From positions 300,001-332,000 of the forward strand of contig CP064993.1 in assembly GCA_016699955.1 (NCBI GenBank): 32,000 nt of DNA, in the 5' to 3' direction. Of the stretch, positions 1-7,111 are shown in pieces (the first letter of the stretch is position 1; each line of letters starts with the position of its first letter). Under the pieces are notes generated by a model. The model was not told the DNA's origin. It saw nothing but the letters and a program-made list of their open reading frames with translations, and searched no databases. Made by a program: the position numbers and the translations under genes. The DNA is from Candidatus Saccharimonadota bacterium. Lineage in GTDB: Bacteria; Patescibacteriota; Saccharimonadia; Saccharimonadales; UBA4665.

Positions 1-460
1 CAAACCACCTACTGCGATGTACATGGCTCATAAACTCATGACTCGGATACTTGAATTACGACATAGACTCAAACGTTGTGCTGAGGTGGTGTGGTACCAC
101 CTGACACGAGTTGGCGATGCCTACGGCACAGCCATTGTTAGCCTTAGCAGTGTGCGCCGTATATTACGGCGGCACTACTGCTTTGATGGAGCCAGGAAGA
201 AGCGAGTACACTTAGGCATACGCAGGTGCCTGCTGCAATGTTGCAAAGGTCTTGAGTTCTATACGCAGGTCCATGTAAGACTGCAGCGAATTAACCGAGG
301 GAACCAACAACTGCTCCAATTTCTGGAACCGTTTCGTATCTGACAGTCTGACTTGGTTACGGGGACAGAACAGCGCCCATCAATCCAGCCGCCCGCTATT
401 CTGGGGACTGTGGCTAACGACCGAACCTCTTAGGCTCTAATCAAACTCCAAGAACCAAAG

Positions 461-490
461 AAAAAGGATTACCTTTCAGCAGTCCTTTTT
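461..490 (-). terminator. Hairpin terminator downstream of CDS 566..1354 (symmetrical, could act in both directions)
   Basis: AAAAAGGA (461-468) and TCCTTTTT (483-490) form an 8-bp stem with a 14-nt loop. The minus-strand transcript would end in UCCUUUUUCUUUGG. The stem is AT-rich, so this is a weak call. Confidence 0.45.
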
Positions 491-565
491 CTCTGGGAGC
501 CCAAGCACATTCACACTGGAACGATATCCTTACAGAATTAAGTAGACGGATGCTGTTATCAAGTC

Positions 566-1354
566 TTACAACCGGGTCAGGTAGTAATTTTTATCAGCAT
601 ATCTAACAGATACTTTGACCACAGGCACGGAAGCGTACCACCGAATGTCGTATATCTTTTCTGATGGCTTAGACTTTTCTGTCCTTTCGCACATGTAATC
701 CTTGGGGCAAGCATAGTATTTGTCCAGTTCGTAAGTAATCTTTATGGCATCCTGGTTGTTTGAATACCTCATTTCAATCCGATTGATATTGTCTAATCGG
801 TTCCCTGAATACGCTGGACTGGTCGTCTTGTAGTAGGGGGCTCTATCCCCGCCGTCCCTCTTGAAACCCTCTTTTGCCATAGCCTCAGCCAATTTAGTTT
901 CTATCTCACGCAAATAACTTTTATTCTCAAATATAAGATATGCAGAACTTGATTGTGCCGGATCATTATATGCCGTCAAGACATCTCCATCAACTATTCC
1001 TCTTGCGTCGGTTACTTTACTATCAATTGAAAGCATTTGTTCAAGCTTTTCTAATTTATTGTTGGCGGCATTCTGTAGTTTGGACATTTTTATATAACCA
1101 TATAGCACAAAGACAATAATGTACCCCCCTATAACAATCACAGGGATGGCAGCAATCGAGATAAGGGCATACTTTAGGATCTTCTTTGTTTTATGTGACA
1201 CTATCGGACTACTAATATCCTCGGCAGGCGACTGTTCCATAGCGTACACGGAGGCCTGCTGTTTTTTGGTGATAGGTGAGATTTGCTGCTTTGGATCAGA
1301 CTCTAGCGTTAATGGATTAACTCCAGGGTCAGGTGATCTTTGAGTTTCTTCCAT
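566..1354 (-). CDS. Hypothetical single-pass membrane protein (262 aa)
   Basis: Uninterrupted ORF with a polar N-terminus and one hydrophobic helix (ILKYALISIAAIPVIVIGGYIIVFVLYGYI). The C-terminal domain of about 170 aa has no motif I recognise. The gene is visibly more AT-rich than its neighbours. The ATG is preceded by TGTTATGAT plus 6 nt. Confidence 0.6.
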   Translation of the reverse strand: MEETQRSPDPGVNPLTLESDPKQQISPITKKQQASVYAMEQSPAEDISSPIVSHKTKKILKYALISIAAIPVIVIGGYIIVFVLYGYIKMSKLQNAANNKLEKLEQMLSIDSKVTDARGIVDGDVLTAYNDPAQSSSAYLIFENKSYLREIETKLAEAMAKEGFKRDGGDRAPYYKTTSPAYSGNRLDNINRIEMRYSNNQDAIKITYELDKYYACPKDYMCERTEKSKPSEKIYDIRWYASVPVVKVSVRYADKNYYLTRL

Positions 1355-1360
1355 TAATTA

Positions 1361-1369
1361 ATCATAACA
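1361..1369 (-). promoter_or_regulatory. Extended -10 box TGTTATGAT, 6 nt upstream of ATG 1354 (leaderless arrangement)
   Basis: The reverse complement of 1361-1369 is TGTTATGAT. The spacer TAATTA follows, then the ATG. The identical 9-mer and spacing occur before ATG 25936. Confidence 0.45.
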
Positions 1370-1370
1370 G

Positions 1371-1397
1371 AAAAAGACCTCGGATTTCTCTGAGGTC
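1371..1397 (-). terminator. Intrinsic terminator after tRNA-fMet
   Basis: On the minus strand, a GACCUC/GAGGUC stem (1376-1381 with 1392-1397) and 10-nt loop are followed by UUUUUCUG. Confidence 0.55.
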
Positions 1398-1411
1398 AAA
1401 ATGCTTATGCT

Positions 1412-1486
1412 TGGTTGCGGGACCAGGACTCGAACCTGGGACCTCATGGTTATGAGCCATGCGAGCTGCCGCTGCTCCATCCCGCG
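1412..1486 (-). tRNA. tRNA-Met(CAT), initiator type (tRNA-fMet), CCA encoded
   Basis: The reverse complement reads CGCGGGA TG GAGC AGCGGCA GCTC G CATGG CTCATAA CCATG AGGTC CCAGG TTCGAGT CCTGG TCCCGCA ACCA, a full cloverleaf. It has the C1:A72 mismatch and the A11:U24 pair typical of bacterial initiators. Only two of the usual three G:C pairs are present at the base of the anticodon stem. Confidence 0.9.
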
Positions 1487-1515
1487 ACGTATGACGACTA
1501 GTGACGTTAGCTATA

Positions 1516-1544
1516 AGTTTAACAGAGGTGCTCAACTATGTCAA
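1516..1544 (-). promoter_or_regulatory. Sigma70-like promoter for tRNA-fMet (TTGACA-N17-TAAACT)
   Basis: On the minus strand, TTGACA (1539-1544) is followed by a 17-nt spacer and TAAACT (1516-1521). The site lies about 30 nt upstream of the tRNA 5' end. Confidence 0.5.
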
Positions 1545-1740
1545 ACTTGTGCAGTCATGGTTAGTGTGGAGATGCGGGGCAGGCATAATGCTACCGTTGC
1601 CGTCCTGCAGACGACCACCTATTCTCAGTCACCGCATCATACACAACATAACACGTATGCAGCGAAAAATGGAGCGCGCTACCCTACACATTTCGACCGA
1701 CAGTTTACTTCTTTACGCGATCGTCATATTACACCGAGTA

Positions 1741-2223
1741 CTATGGGCGGCTCAAGCTGGGAGTACGGTGGAAGAAGAAGTCGATCCAGGCTTCGAAGTT
1801 TTTTTGGTAGAATGGTTTCTTTTTGGCAGGAGATGTCTTTGCTCTTTCATTTGGCATGATTACGGTATGCGCTAGGGCAACGTCTTTTGGCACCAGTAGA
1901 ACGGTTTCGCCTGGCGAGGCGAGCCCGAGGTTTTGCCGGGCTGTAACTTCTTTGTACTGAGGTGTTGTGTAATACTGGTTTTCCAATTTTTGGTTTTCAT
2001 TTTGTAACTTTTTTACTTCGTTTTGCTCCTGCATGCGCGCGACTTCCTGCTGCAGCCGATAGTTTGTTTCTATGGCTCTTACCCCGCTCCAGCTTATGAG
2101 CAGCACAAGCACAACAAAAGCCAAGGTTCCGACATTTCGTACGTCCCTCATACTTAGTAAATACGCCTTCACTGGCTCTTGGTAGGTATGCACCATGTTA
2201 GCTATTTTTGTATGTATCTTCAC
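1741..2223 (-). CDS. Septum formation initiator (FtsB/DivIC family) protein
   Basis: The protein has an N-terminal TM helix (VGTLAFVVLVLLISW), then a coiled-coil stretch (NYRLQQEVARMQEQNEVKKLQNENQKLENQ), then ARQNLGLASPGETVLLVP, which matches the FtsB/DivIC C-terminal pattern. The start is uncertain. The GTG at 2223 lies only 5 nt after a TGATATACT box, and ATG 2196 is the alternative. Confidence 0.7.
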   Translation of the reverse strand: MKIHTKIANMVHTYQEPVKAYLLSMRDVRNVGTLAFVVLVLLISWSGVRAIETNYRLQQEVARMQEQNEVKKLQNENQKLENQYYTTPQYKEVTARQNLGLASPGETVLLVPKDVALAHTVIMPNERAKTSPAKKKPFYQKNFEAWIDFFFHRTPSLSRP

Positions 2224-2249
2224 CCCTCTAGTATATCACCCCTGTCATC

Positions 2250-2258
2250 TGCTATAAT
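2250..2258 (+). promoter_or_regulatory. Extended -10 promoter TGCTATAAT for the downstream tRNA
   Basis: TGCTATAAT at 2250-2258 lies 25 nt upstream of the tRNA 5' end at 2283. Confidence 0.5.
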
Positions 2259-2282
2259 CTGGTTGGTTTAGTCCCTCTTGGT

Positions 2283-2358
2283 GGGGGTATAGCTCAGTGG
2301 TTAGAGCAGTCGGCTCATAACTGATTGGTCCTTGGTTCAAATCCAAGTACCCCCACCA
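2283..2358 (+). tRNA. tRNA with CAT anticodon: elongator tRNA-Met or tRNA-Ile2 (lysidine-modified), CCA encoded
   Basis: The sequence reads GGGGGTA TA GCTC AGTGGTTA GAGC A GTCGG CTCATAA CTGAT TGGTC CTTGG TTCAAAT CCAAG TACCCCC A CCA, a complete cloverleaf with a fully paired acceptor stem, so it is not an initiator. Met versus Ile2 identity cannot be decided by eye. Confidence 0.9.
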
Positions 2359-2544
2359 CGAGAGACCAAACGTTCCACACATTTTCTCCTCAAAGCACGG
2401 AAGAAGCCGTGATTAAGTTACGGCTGAAAGGAAAAATGTGCAGGAGGCTGAACAAACCCGCAATGCTTCACGGCTCTGCGGGCAAGCAGCCTAAATAATG
2501 CGAAATGCGTGCGTACTTGAGAAAATAACGATTACACTGCTGAG

Positions 2545-3279
2545 CTAATTGGCATCACGGCGCATAAAAAGTAACCACGCTGTTGCACCAGCAGCAACAA
2601 TCCAGCCAAAAACTATTGCCATCGACTTCTCGGGCGTAAATGTCGTCGCTATATCTCCAGTAAGTAGGCTGTTTTCGAGAGCACGAAACGGCAAATAGCC
2701 GCTACTATCTTTGAGAAGTAACGACAACAGCTGCTCGACTATAGCGGTGCCGAATAGGTACATAACAATTGCGCCCACCTGATTCCTGAGCAAAAAGCCA
2801 ATAATGAGAGCATACATACCAGCGCCCCAAACATACACGCTGCCTTTCGGGAGTATATCTCCCCACAAAATACTTTGCTCTGGCAGACTCGCGCCACTTG
2901 CAGCTAAACCTATAAGTCCGCTCGCAACGCCGGTGGCCACAAACAAGACAGCTCCGATGAGTACGGCCAACGATGAAACTAGCGCTTTCGCGAGAAAAAC
3001 TGAGGTGCGCCGCCGCGCCAACGTCAGTGTATAGGCAATGGTGTTATAGCGATATTCGTGGGTGACCTGCAGCAGAACAATAAGCCCTAGGATAAAGCTT
3101 GTGCCTTGCAGAGTTGAAGTAATCAGCCAGTTGACAAAAGTGTCGTCTAAATGCACGTGATTGTAGCCGGTAACAACCCCGTCCATGAGCATTACAAAAA
3201 GCAAACTCAGACCGAAGATAATATACGTCGAACGCAACGACAACAATTTGCGAATTTCCGAACGAATGGCAGCGATCAT
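2545..3279 (-). CDS. ABC-2 type transporter permease
   Basis: The 244-aa protein has about 6 hydrophobic helices. Its start overlaps the stop of the upstream ATPase gene by 4 nt (translational coupling). Confidence 0.75.
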   Translation of the reverse strand: MIAAIRSEIRKLLSLRSTYIIFGLSLLFVMLMDGVVTGYNHVHLDDTFVNWLITSTLQGTSFILGLIVLLQVTHEYRYNTIAYTLTLARRRTSVFLAKALVSSLAVLIGAVLFVATGVASGLIGLAASGASLPEQSILWGDILPKGSVYVWGAGMYALIIGFLLRNQVGAIVMYLFGTAIVEQLLSLLLKDSSGYLPFRALENSLLTGDIATTFTPEKSMAIVFGWIVAAGATAWLLFMRRDAN

Positions 3280-4193
3280 TCCTTTACTCCTTTGGTTTCA
3301 AACTCATTCTTCCCAGCAGTGAGCTCCAAAAACGCTTCTTCGAGCGAAGCGTCCTGCCGCGCAAGTTCCAGTACTGGCAAACCGGCTTCAAAAAGTAGCT
3401 TGCCAATCTGGTCGGTCGACTTACCCGACACCTTAAACCCGTCTCCCTCAGTGTCAAATTTTACCCGAGATGCTTGCAGTGCCTCCTTGAGCTTCACTTC
3501 ATTTGTACTCCGCACAAAAACTCCACCATGAGCACTGCCCGCTACCAAATCCGCAACAGATCCTTCGGCAATAAACCTCCCCTTGCCAATTACCACAACA
3601 CTGTCTGCCATTTGCGCCATTTCACTCAACAGGTGGCTTGAGACGAATACCGCATTACCTTCATCTGCATAATTTTTTATAAAATGACGCAGCCAGGCAA
3701 TGCCTTCCGGGTCAAGGCCATTGGCCGGTTCATCAAGTACAAGATACTTCGGCTGGCCCAATATTGCAGCTGCAATGCCAAGTCGCTGGCTCATCCCAAG
3801 GCTAAATTTGCCTGGATTCTTCTTGGCCACGTCCCTCAGCCCGACAACGTCGAGCACTTCATCCACACGCGATTGTGGAATTCCCCCGGCACTTGCAAGC
3901 ACTCGCAGATGATTACGCGCTGAACGACTCGGGTGAAAAGCCTTTGCCTCCAGTAGTATACCCACAGTTTTTGAAGGCTGTGCATGTTCGCGCAACGGCT
4001 TGTCGTCGAACAGCGTGTCACCGCCACCCTTGTCCAGCCCAAGCATGAGCCGCATGGTAGTTGATTTACCTGAACCATTTGGCCCTAAAAATCCAGTAAC
4101 TTTGCCTGGCTCAACGCTGAAGCTCAGATTGTCTACGGCTGTTTTTTTCTTGTACCGTTTTGATAAATTTTTTGCTTCAATCATGTCTACCAT
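3276..4193 (-). CDS. ABC transporter ATP-binding protein (ABC-2/DrrA-like exporter subfamily)
   Basis: Walker A GPNGSGKST, signature-like SLGMSQR and Walker B LVLDEP are present. The probable true start is the second ATG at 4184 (MIEAKNLSKRY), because a TAATAT box (4192-4197) overlaps the first ATG and lies 7 nt before the second. Confidence 0.9.
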   Translation of the reverse strand: MVDMIEAKNLSKRYKKKTAVDNLSFSVEPGKVTGFLGPNGSGKSTTMRLMLGLDKGGGDTLFDDKPLREHAQPSKTVGILLEAKAFHPSRSARNHLRVLASAGGIPQSRVDEVLDVVGLRDVAKKNPGKFSLGMSQRLGIAAAILGQPKYLVLDEPANGLDPEGIAWLRHFIKNYADEGNAVFVSSHLLSEMAQMADSVVVIGKGRFIAEGSVADLVAGSAHGGVFVRSTNEVKLKEALQASRVKFDTEGDGFKVSGKSTDQIGKLLFEAGLPVLELARQDASLEEAFLELTAGKNEFETKGVKE

Positions 4194-4483
4194 ATTACCC
4201 TATGCTCTGCCGGTTGACTACCCTCAGCCGAACCGAGTTGCAAACAGGTCAGAGTACCCGAGCATCAGTTGCCGTTTGCTGGTCATACGCAAAGTTGCAC
4301 TCTCTCCACAGAAAACCACGAGTGATTAATAAAAGACAGTTTATCTAAAGTGGGTGGAGCAGTAGCTCTATAGACATCCAGCAAAAGAACTTACGGGTGA
4401 CAATGACCAGCCTGGGGTGTCGGAAGTTTGCGTGAGCATAAGCAGTATCCAGATTGACATAAGCGATATATACTATCTCCAGT

Positions 4484-5386
4484 ATGAACAGCGTTCGCAA
4501 TTTAGAATCGGCCGAATCCAGCTTTTGGGTACATGCCGAAGCACCAGACGATCACGAAATAGACGTGCTCTGTTCTGAGTACGGACTTGCCGAGCGCTTC
4601 GTGCACGATGCCCTTGACCGAGATGAAATTCCCCGCGTTGAAACAGTTGGCGACTTTACGTATATTATTACTCGCTTTGCGTACGAAACAGACGCTGGCG
4701 ACATAGAAACTGCGCCAATTCTCTTTGCCCTAAATCAAGCCAAGCTACTAACCGTCAGTCTTGAAAAACTACCAAGCTTGCAAGAAATATTGGCCGAAAG
4801 GAATCTAGAGCAAAACAGTGCCGATCCCGTCTACATCATGCTTCTTGTGCTCCTGCACATCGACGCACAGTACGACCGCTTTATTCATGATTCAAGCAAA
4901 CAAATTCATCGACTTTTGAGCAATATTGGCAAACGGGCACTTGGGCCTGATTCATTCGTACGTTTTGTACACATAGAAGACGATATGAATGACTTTCTCA
5001 GTTCACTCGGACCGACTAACACGACGCTACGACACCTGCTAACAAACAAAGATATCCCATCTTTTAGCCATCACCGCGACCTGGTGAACACGGTCATACT
5101 TAACAATGAACAATCAATCCAAACGTGCGAATCTAATCTTAAATCGTTGGTGTCCATACGCCGAACTTACACGCTTATAAGTTCCCACAGCCTCGACCGC
5201 ACTATAAAAATCCTGACCATGGTCAGTGTGTTTATTTCCATCCCGACCATGTTTTTCAGCATGTACGGTATGAACATTGGCCTACCTCACGCACAAAATC
5301 CGAAAACCTTCCTAGGCCTACTCGTCATCTGCCTCATTACCGTCCTCACCGCCTACGTTATCGGCCGCAAAAAACGCATATTTTAA
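4484..5386 (+). CDS. corA: CorA-family magnesium/cobalt transporter
   Basis: The 300-aa protein has a large soluble N-terminal domain and two C-terminal TM helices joined by the YGMNIGLP (GMN) signature. Confidence 0.85.
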   Translation: MNSVRNLESAESSFWVHAEAPDDHEIDVLCSEYGLAERFVHDALDRDEIPRVETVGDFTYIITRFAYETDAGDIETAPILFALNQAKLLTVSLEKLPSLQEILAERNLEQNSADPVYIMLLVLLHIDAQYDRFIHDSSKQIHRLLSNIGKRALGPDSFVRFVHIEDDMNDFLSSLGPTNTTLRHLLTNKDIPSFSHHRDLVNTVILNNEQSIQTCESNLKSLVSIRRTYTLISSHSLDRTIKILTMVSVFISIPTMFFSMYGMNIGLPHAQNPKTFLGLLVICLITVLTAYVIGRKKRIF

Positions 5387-5458
5387 CAGTCATTCAAGCA
5401 AAAACACTTGTAGTAGATGTCGCACTTTTCTAACAGCCGTTAAGAATATGGGTTAAGC

Positions 5459-6301
5459 TTACCGCGCCACATACGTCCAGTCGTCTTGGGCATGACCATC
5501 GGCGATTGCTTCTTGGTAGGAAGCAAGCGTTGATGCTATAAGTGGAGTTTTGTTTTGATCAATGTTTTGGAGCGCATAGGTTTCATCCTTGGCGATTAGT
5601 TCTACTGCAAAATTTATAGGTTCTGGGTGATTTCGGTAATCACGCCACACCATTTGCGTGGTCGCGCCACCTGGTTTTTCGGCTAACATTTCCCCGGTCT
5701 GTTTTTCGTCTAATCCCAAGGCTTTTGCAAGCCGCATAGCTTCGCCAAACCCCGCCAAATGTACTGCTTGCAGGCAGTTCAGCACTAGCTTCATGCGCAT
5801 CCCAGAACCGGCTGATCCAAAGTACTTCACCTGGGATGCAATATTTTCCAGATGAGGCTTCACCTCATTAATCTTTTTCTCATCACCACCTGCGAGCAAA
5901 ACCATTGTACCCCCTTCTGCGCCAGCACGGCTACCGGTCATGGGCATGTCAAAAAAAGTCAGACACTTTTCGGCACATTTTTTAGCCAATTCGTCGACGC
6001 ATGAAACAGATAAAGTAGCGCAGGTGATAAGCATTTGGTTGGGGTTTGCGTTGAAAATAATGCCACCTTCGCCTAACCACACCTCGTGCGCAGATTCATC
6101 GTTCGCAGTTACTTCAAAAACAATATCTGCACACTGAACAGCATCTGCGACCGATGCTGCTCTTTGCGCCCCACGCGAAACAAGGTCATTTGCTTTCTCG
6201 GGTGAACGGTTCCATACCATCACGGCATAACCGTTTTTCAAGAAATTATCAGCAATCCCATGCCCCATAATCCCCAACCCAAGTACCGCTACTGCTGTCA
6301 T
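5459..6301 (-). CDS. NAD(P)-dependent beta-hydroxyacid dehydrogenase (3-hydroxyisobutyrate/6-phosphogluconate dehydrogenase NAD-binding family)
   Basis: It has an N-terminal Rossmann motif VLGLGIMGHGIA followed by WNRSPEK, which is typical of this family. It overlaps the upstream HAD gene by 4 nt. Confidence 0.8.
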   Translation of the reverse strand: MTAVAVLGLGIMGHGIADNFLKNGYAVMVWNRSPEKANDLVSRGAQRAASVADAVQCADIVFEVTANDESAHEVWLGEGGIIFNANPNQMLITCATLSVSCVDELAKKCAEKCLTFFDMPMTGSRAGAEGGTMVLLAGGDEKKINEVKPHLENIASQVKYFGSAGSGMRMKLVLNCLQAVHLAGFGEAMRLAKALGLDEKQTGEMLAEKPGGATTQMVWRDYRNHPEPINFAVELIAKDETYALQNIDQNKTPLIASTLASYQEAIADGHAQDDWTYVAR

Positions 6302-7104
6302 ACGCTTGATTTTAGCATGTCTTTCAGCTCATCAAGGGAAGTGATGATCTTTGTTGCGCCCGCGAGCTCCAGGGCTTTGCTGTCGTGAAAACCATGCGAT
6401 ATACCCACTCGTTGGGATATACCCGCATTGGCCCCGGATTGCATATCAACTGCATGATCTCCCAGCACAAGGCACTCGTCAGGCTTTACAGCAAGTTTTT
6501 CCATTGCATACTGAAGACTGGCAGGGTCAGGTTTGTGCGCGTCCACTAGCTCGCATGTCACTACGCTGAAATCTGGTAAATGAAAAGTCTCTTTGAACCG
6601 TGAGACAAATATGTTGAACTTTTCGTCTTCGCTCCGAAAACTATCTTGGTAAAGATTACTGAGCACAAGCTCTGGTAAGGCTACTCCCAAATTCCTAACA
6701 ATGTGATGCTTACTACCGCTAGTAAATATTCCAAATTTTATATGCAGGCTTCCAAGAGAGTGAAGTAACTCCGATAACCCGTCGTAGGGCTTCACGTAAG
6801 TGGAAGCGAGACTATCTTGAATGGGGTTTAACAGGTCATGTAGCGCATCAAAATCAAATGCATCTAAAATATCTGACCGATTATGAAAAAGTAGTTTCGC
6901 AGTTTTTTCAAGGGTATTTTTTGCGCTTCCGCCGACAGACTCATTTAGAGCAGCGACAAACTCGCTGTAGTGCGGCACATTCTGGCTAGGTACATTTTTC
7001 TGCGCTAAATACTTTTTGAGTGTCGCGAACTGACCATGACGAATCAGCTGAACTGTATCTACGAGTGTACCGTCCGAATCAGATAGAACCGCTTTCACGT
7101 GCAT
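6298..7104 (-). CDS. HAD-superfamily hydrolase (phosphatase-like)
   Basis: Motif I is LSDSDGTLVDT, motif II is FTSGS, and motif IV is GDHAVDMQSGANAG. Confidence 0.8.
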   Translation of the reverse strand: MHVKAVLSDSDGTLVDTVQLIRHGQFATLKKYLAQKNVPSQNVPHYSEFVAALNESVGGSAKNTLEKTAKLLFHNRSDILDAFDFDALHDLLNPIQDSLASTYVKPYDGLSELLHSLGSLHIKFGIFTSGSKHHIVRNLGVALPELVLSNLYQDSFRSEDEKFNIFVSRFKETFHLPDFSVVTCELVDAHKPDPASLQYAMEKLAVKPDECLVLGDHAVDMQSGANAGISQRVGISHGFHDSKALELAGATKIITSLDELKDMLKSSV

Positions 7105-7111
7105 GACGATA

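Noticed and set aside
17-343. 108-aa ORF from the six-frame track, considered as a normal protein-coding gene
   Set aside because: It has an Arg/Cys/Leu-rich composition and no SD or promoter geometry at ATG 17, since the frame is simply open to the window edge. It also overlaps several strong hairpins. I kept it only as a possible degenerate or partial transposase-like remnant in the findings.
60-350. Possible 23S rRNA 3' end or 5S rRNA (GGTACCACCTGAC... and ATGCCTACGGCAC resemble short rRNA segments)
   Set aside because: The universally conserved neighbouring elements are absent on both strands. These are GCTGAAAGCATCTAAG of the 23S 3' domain and CCGAACTCAGAAGTGAAAC of 5S. The matches are only short chance similarities.
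380-400. RNase P RNA (an ACAGAAC motif) or a tmRNA 5' end (minus-strand GGCGGCTGGATTGATGGG)
   Set aside because: There is no GAGGAAAGTCC (CR-I) partner and no GGCTTA after ACAGAA. There is also no tRNA-like T-arm or ACCA end at the right distance for tmRNA.
1589-1607. SRP RNA domain IV-like motif on the minus strand (CAGGACGGCAACGGUAGCA compared with CAGGUCCGGAAGGAAGCAG)
   Set aside because: The flanking strands do not form the conserved symmetric and asymmetric loop helices. The AGG is instead consumed in a GCAGG/CCUGC helix.
1401-1875. Plus-strand ORFs of 152 and 124 aa
   Set aside because: They run antisense through tRNA-fMet, its promoter and the 3' end of the ftsB-like gene. Their composition is Arg/Cys/Trp-rich, so they are spurious.
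4350-4460. M-box (Mg2+) riboswitch upstream of corA
   Set aside because: There are only vague similarities (GGTGGAGC... and CGGGTGACAATG), and the conserved GTTAGGTGAGGC and CTAAAGC segments are missing. In addition, a -10-like box lies 7 nt before the ATG, which implies no leader.
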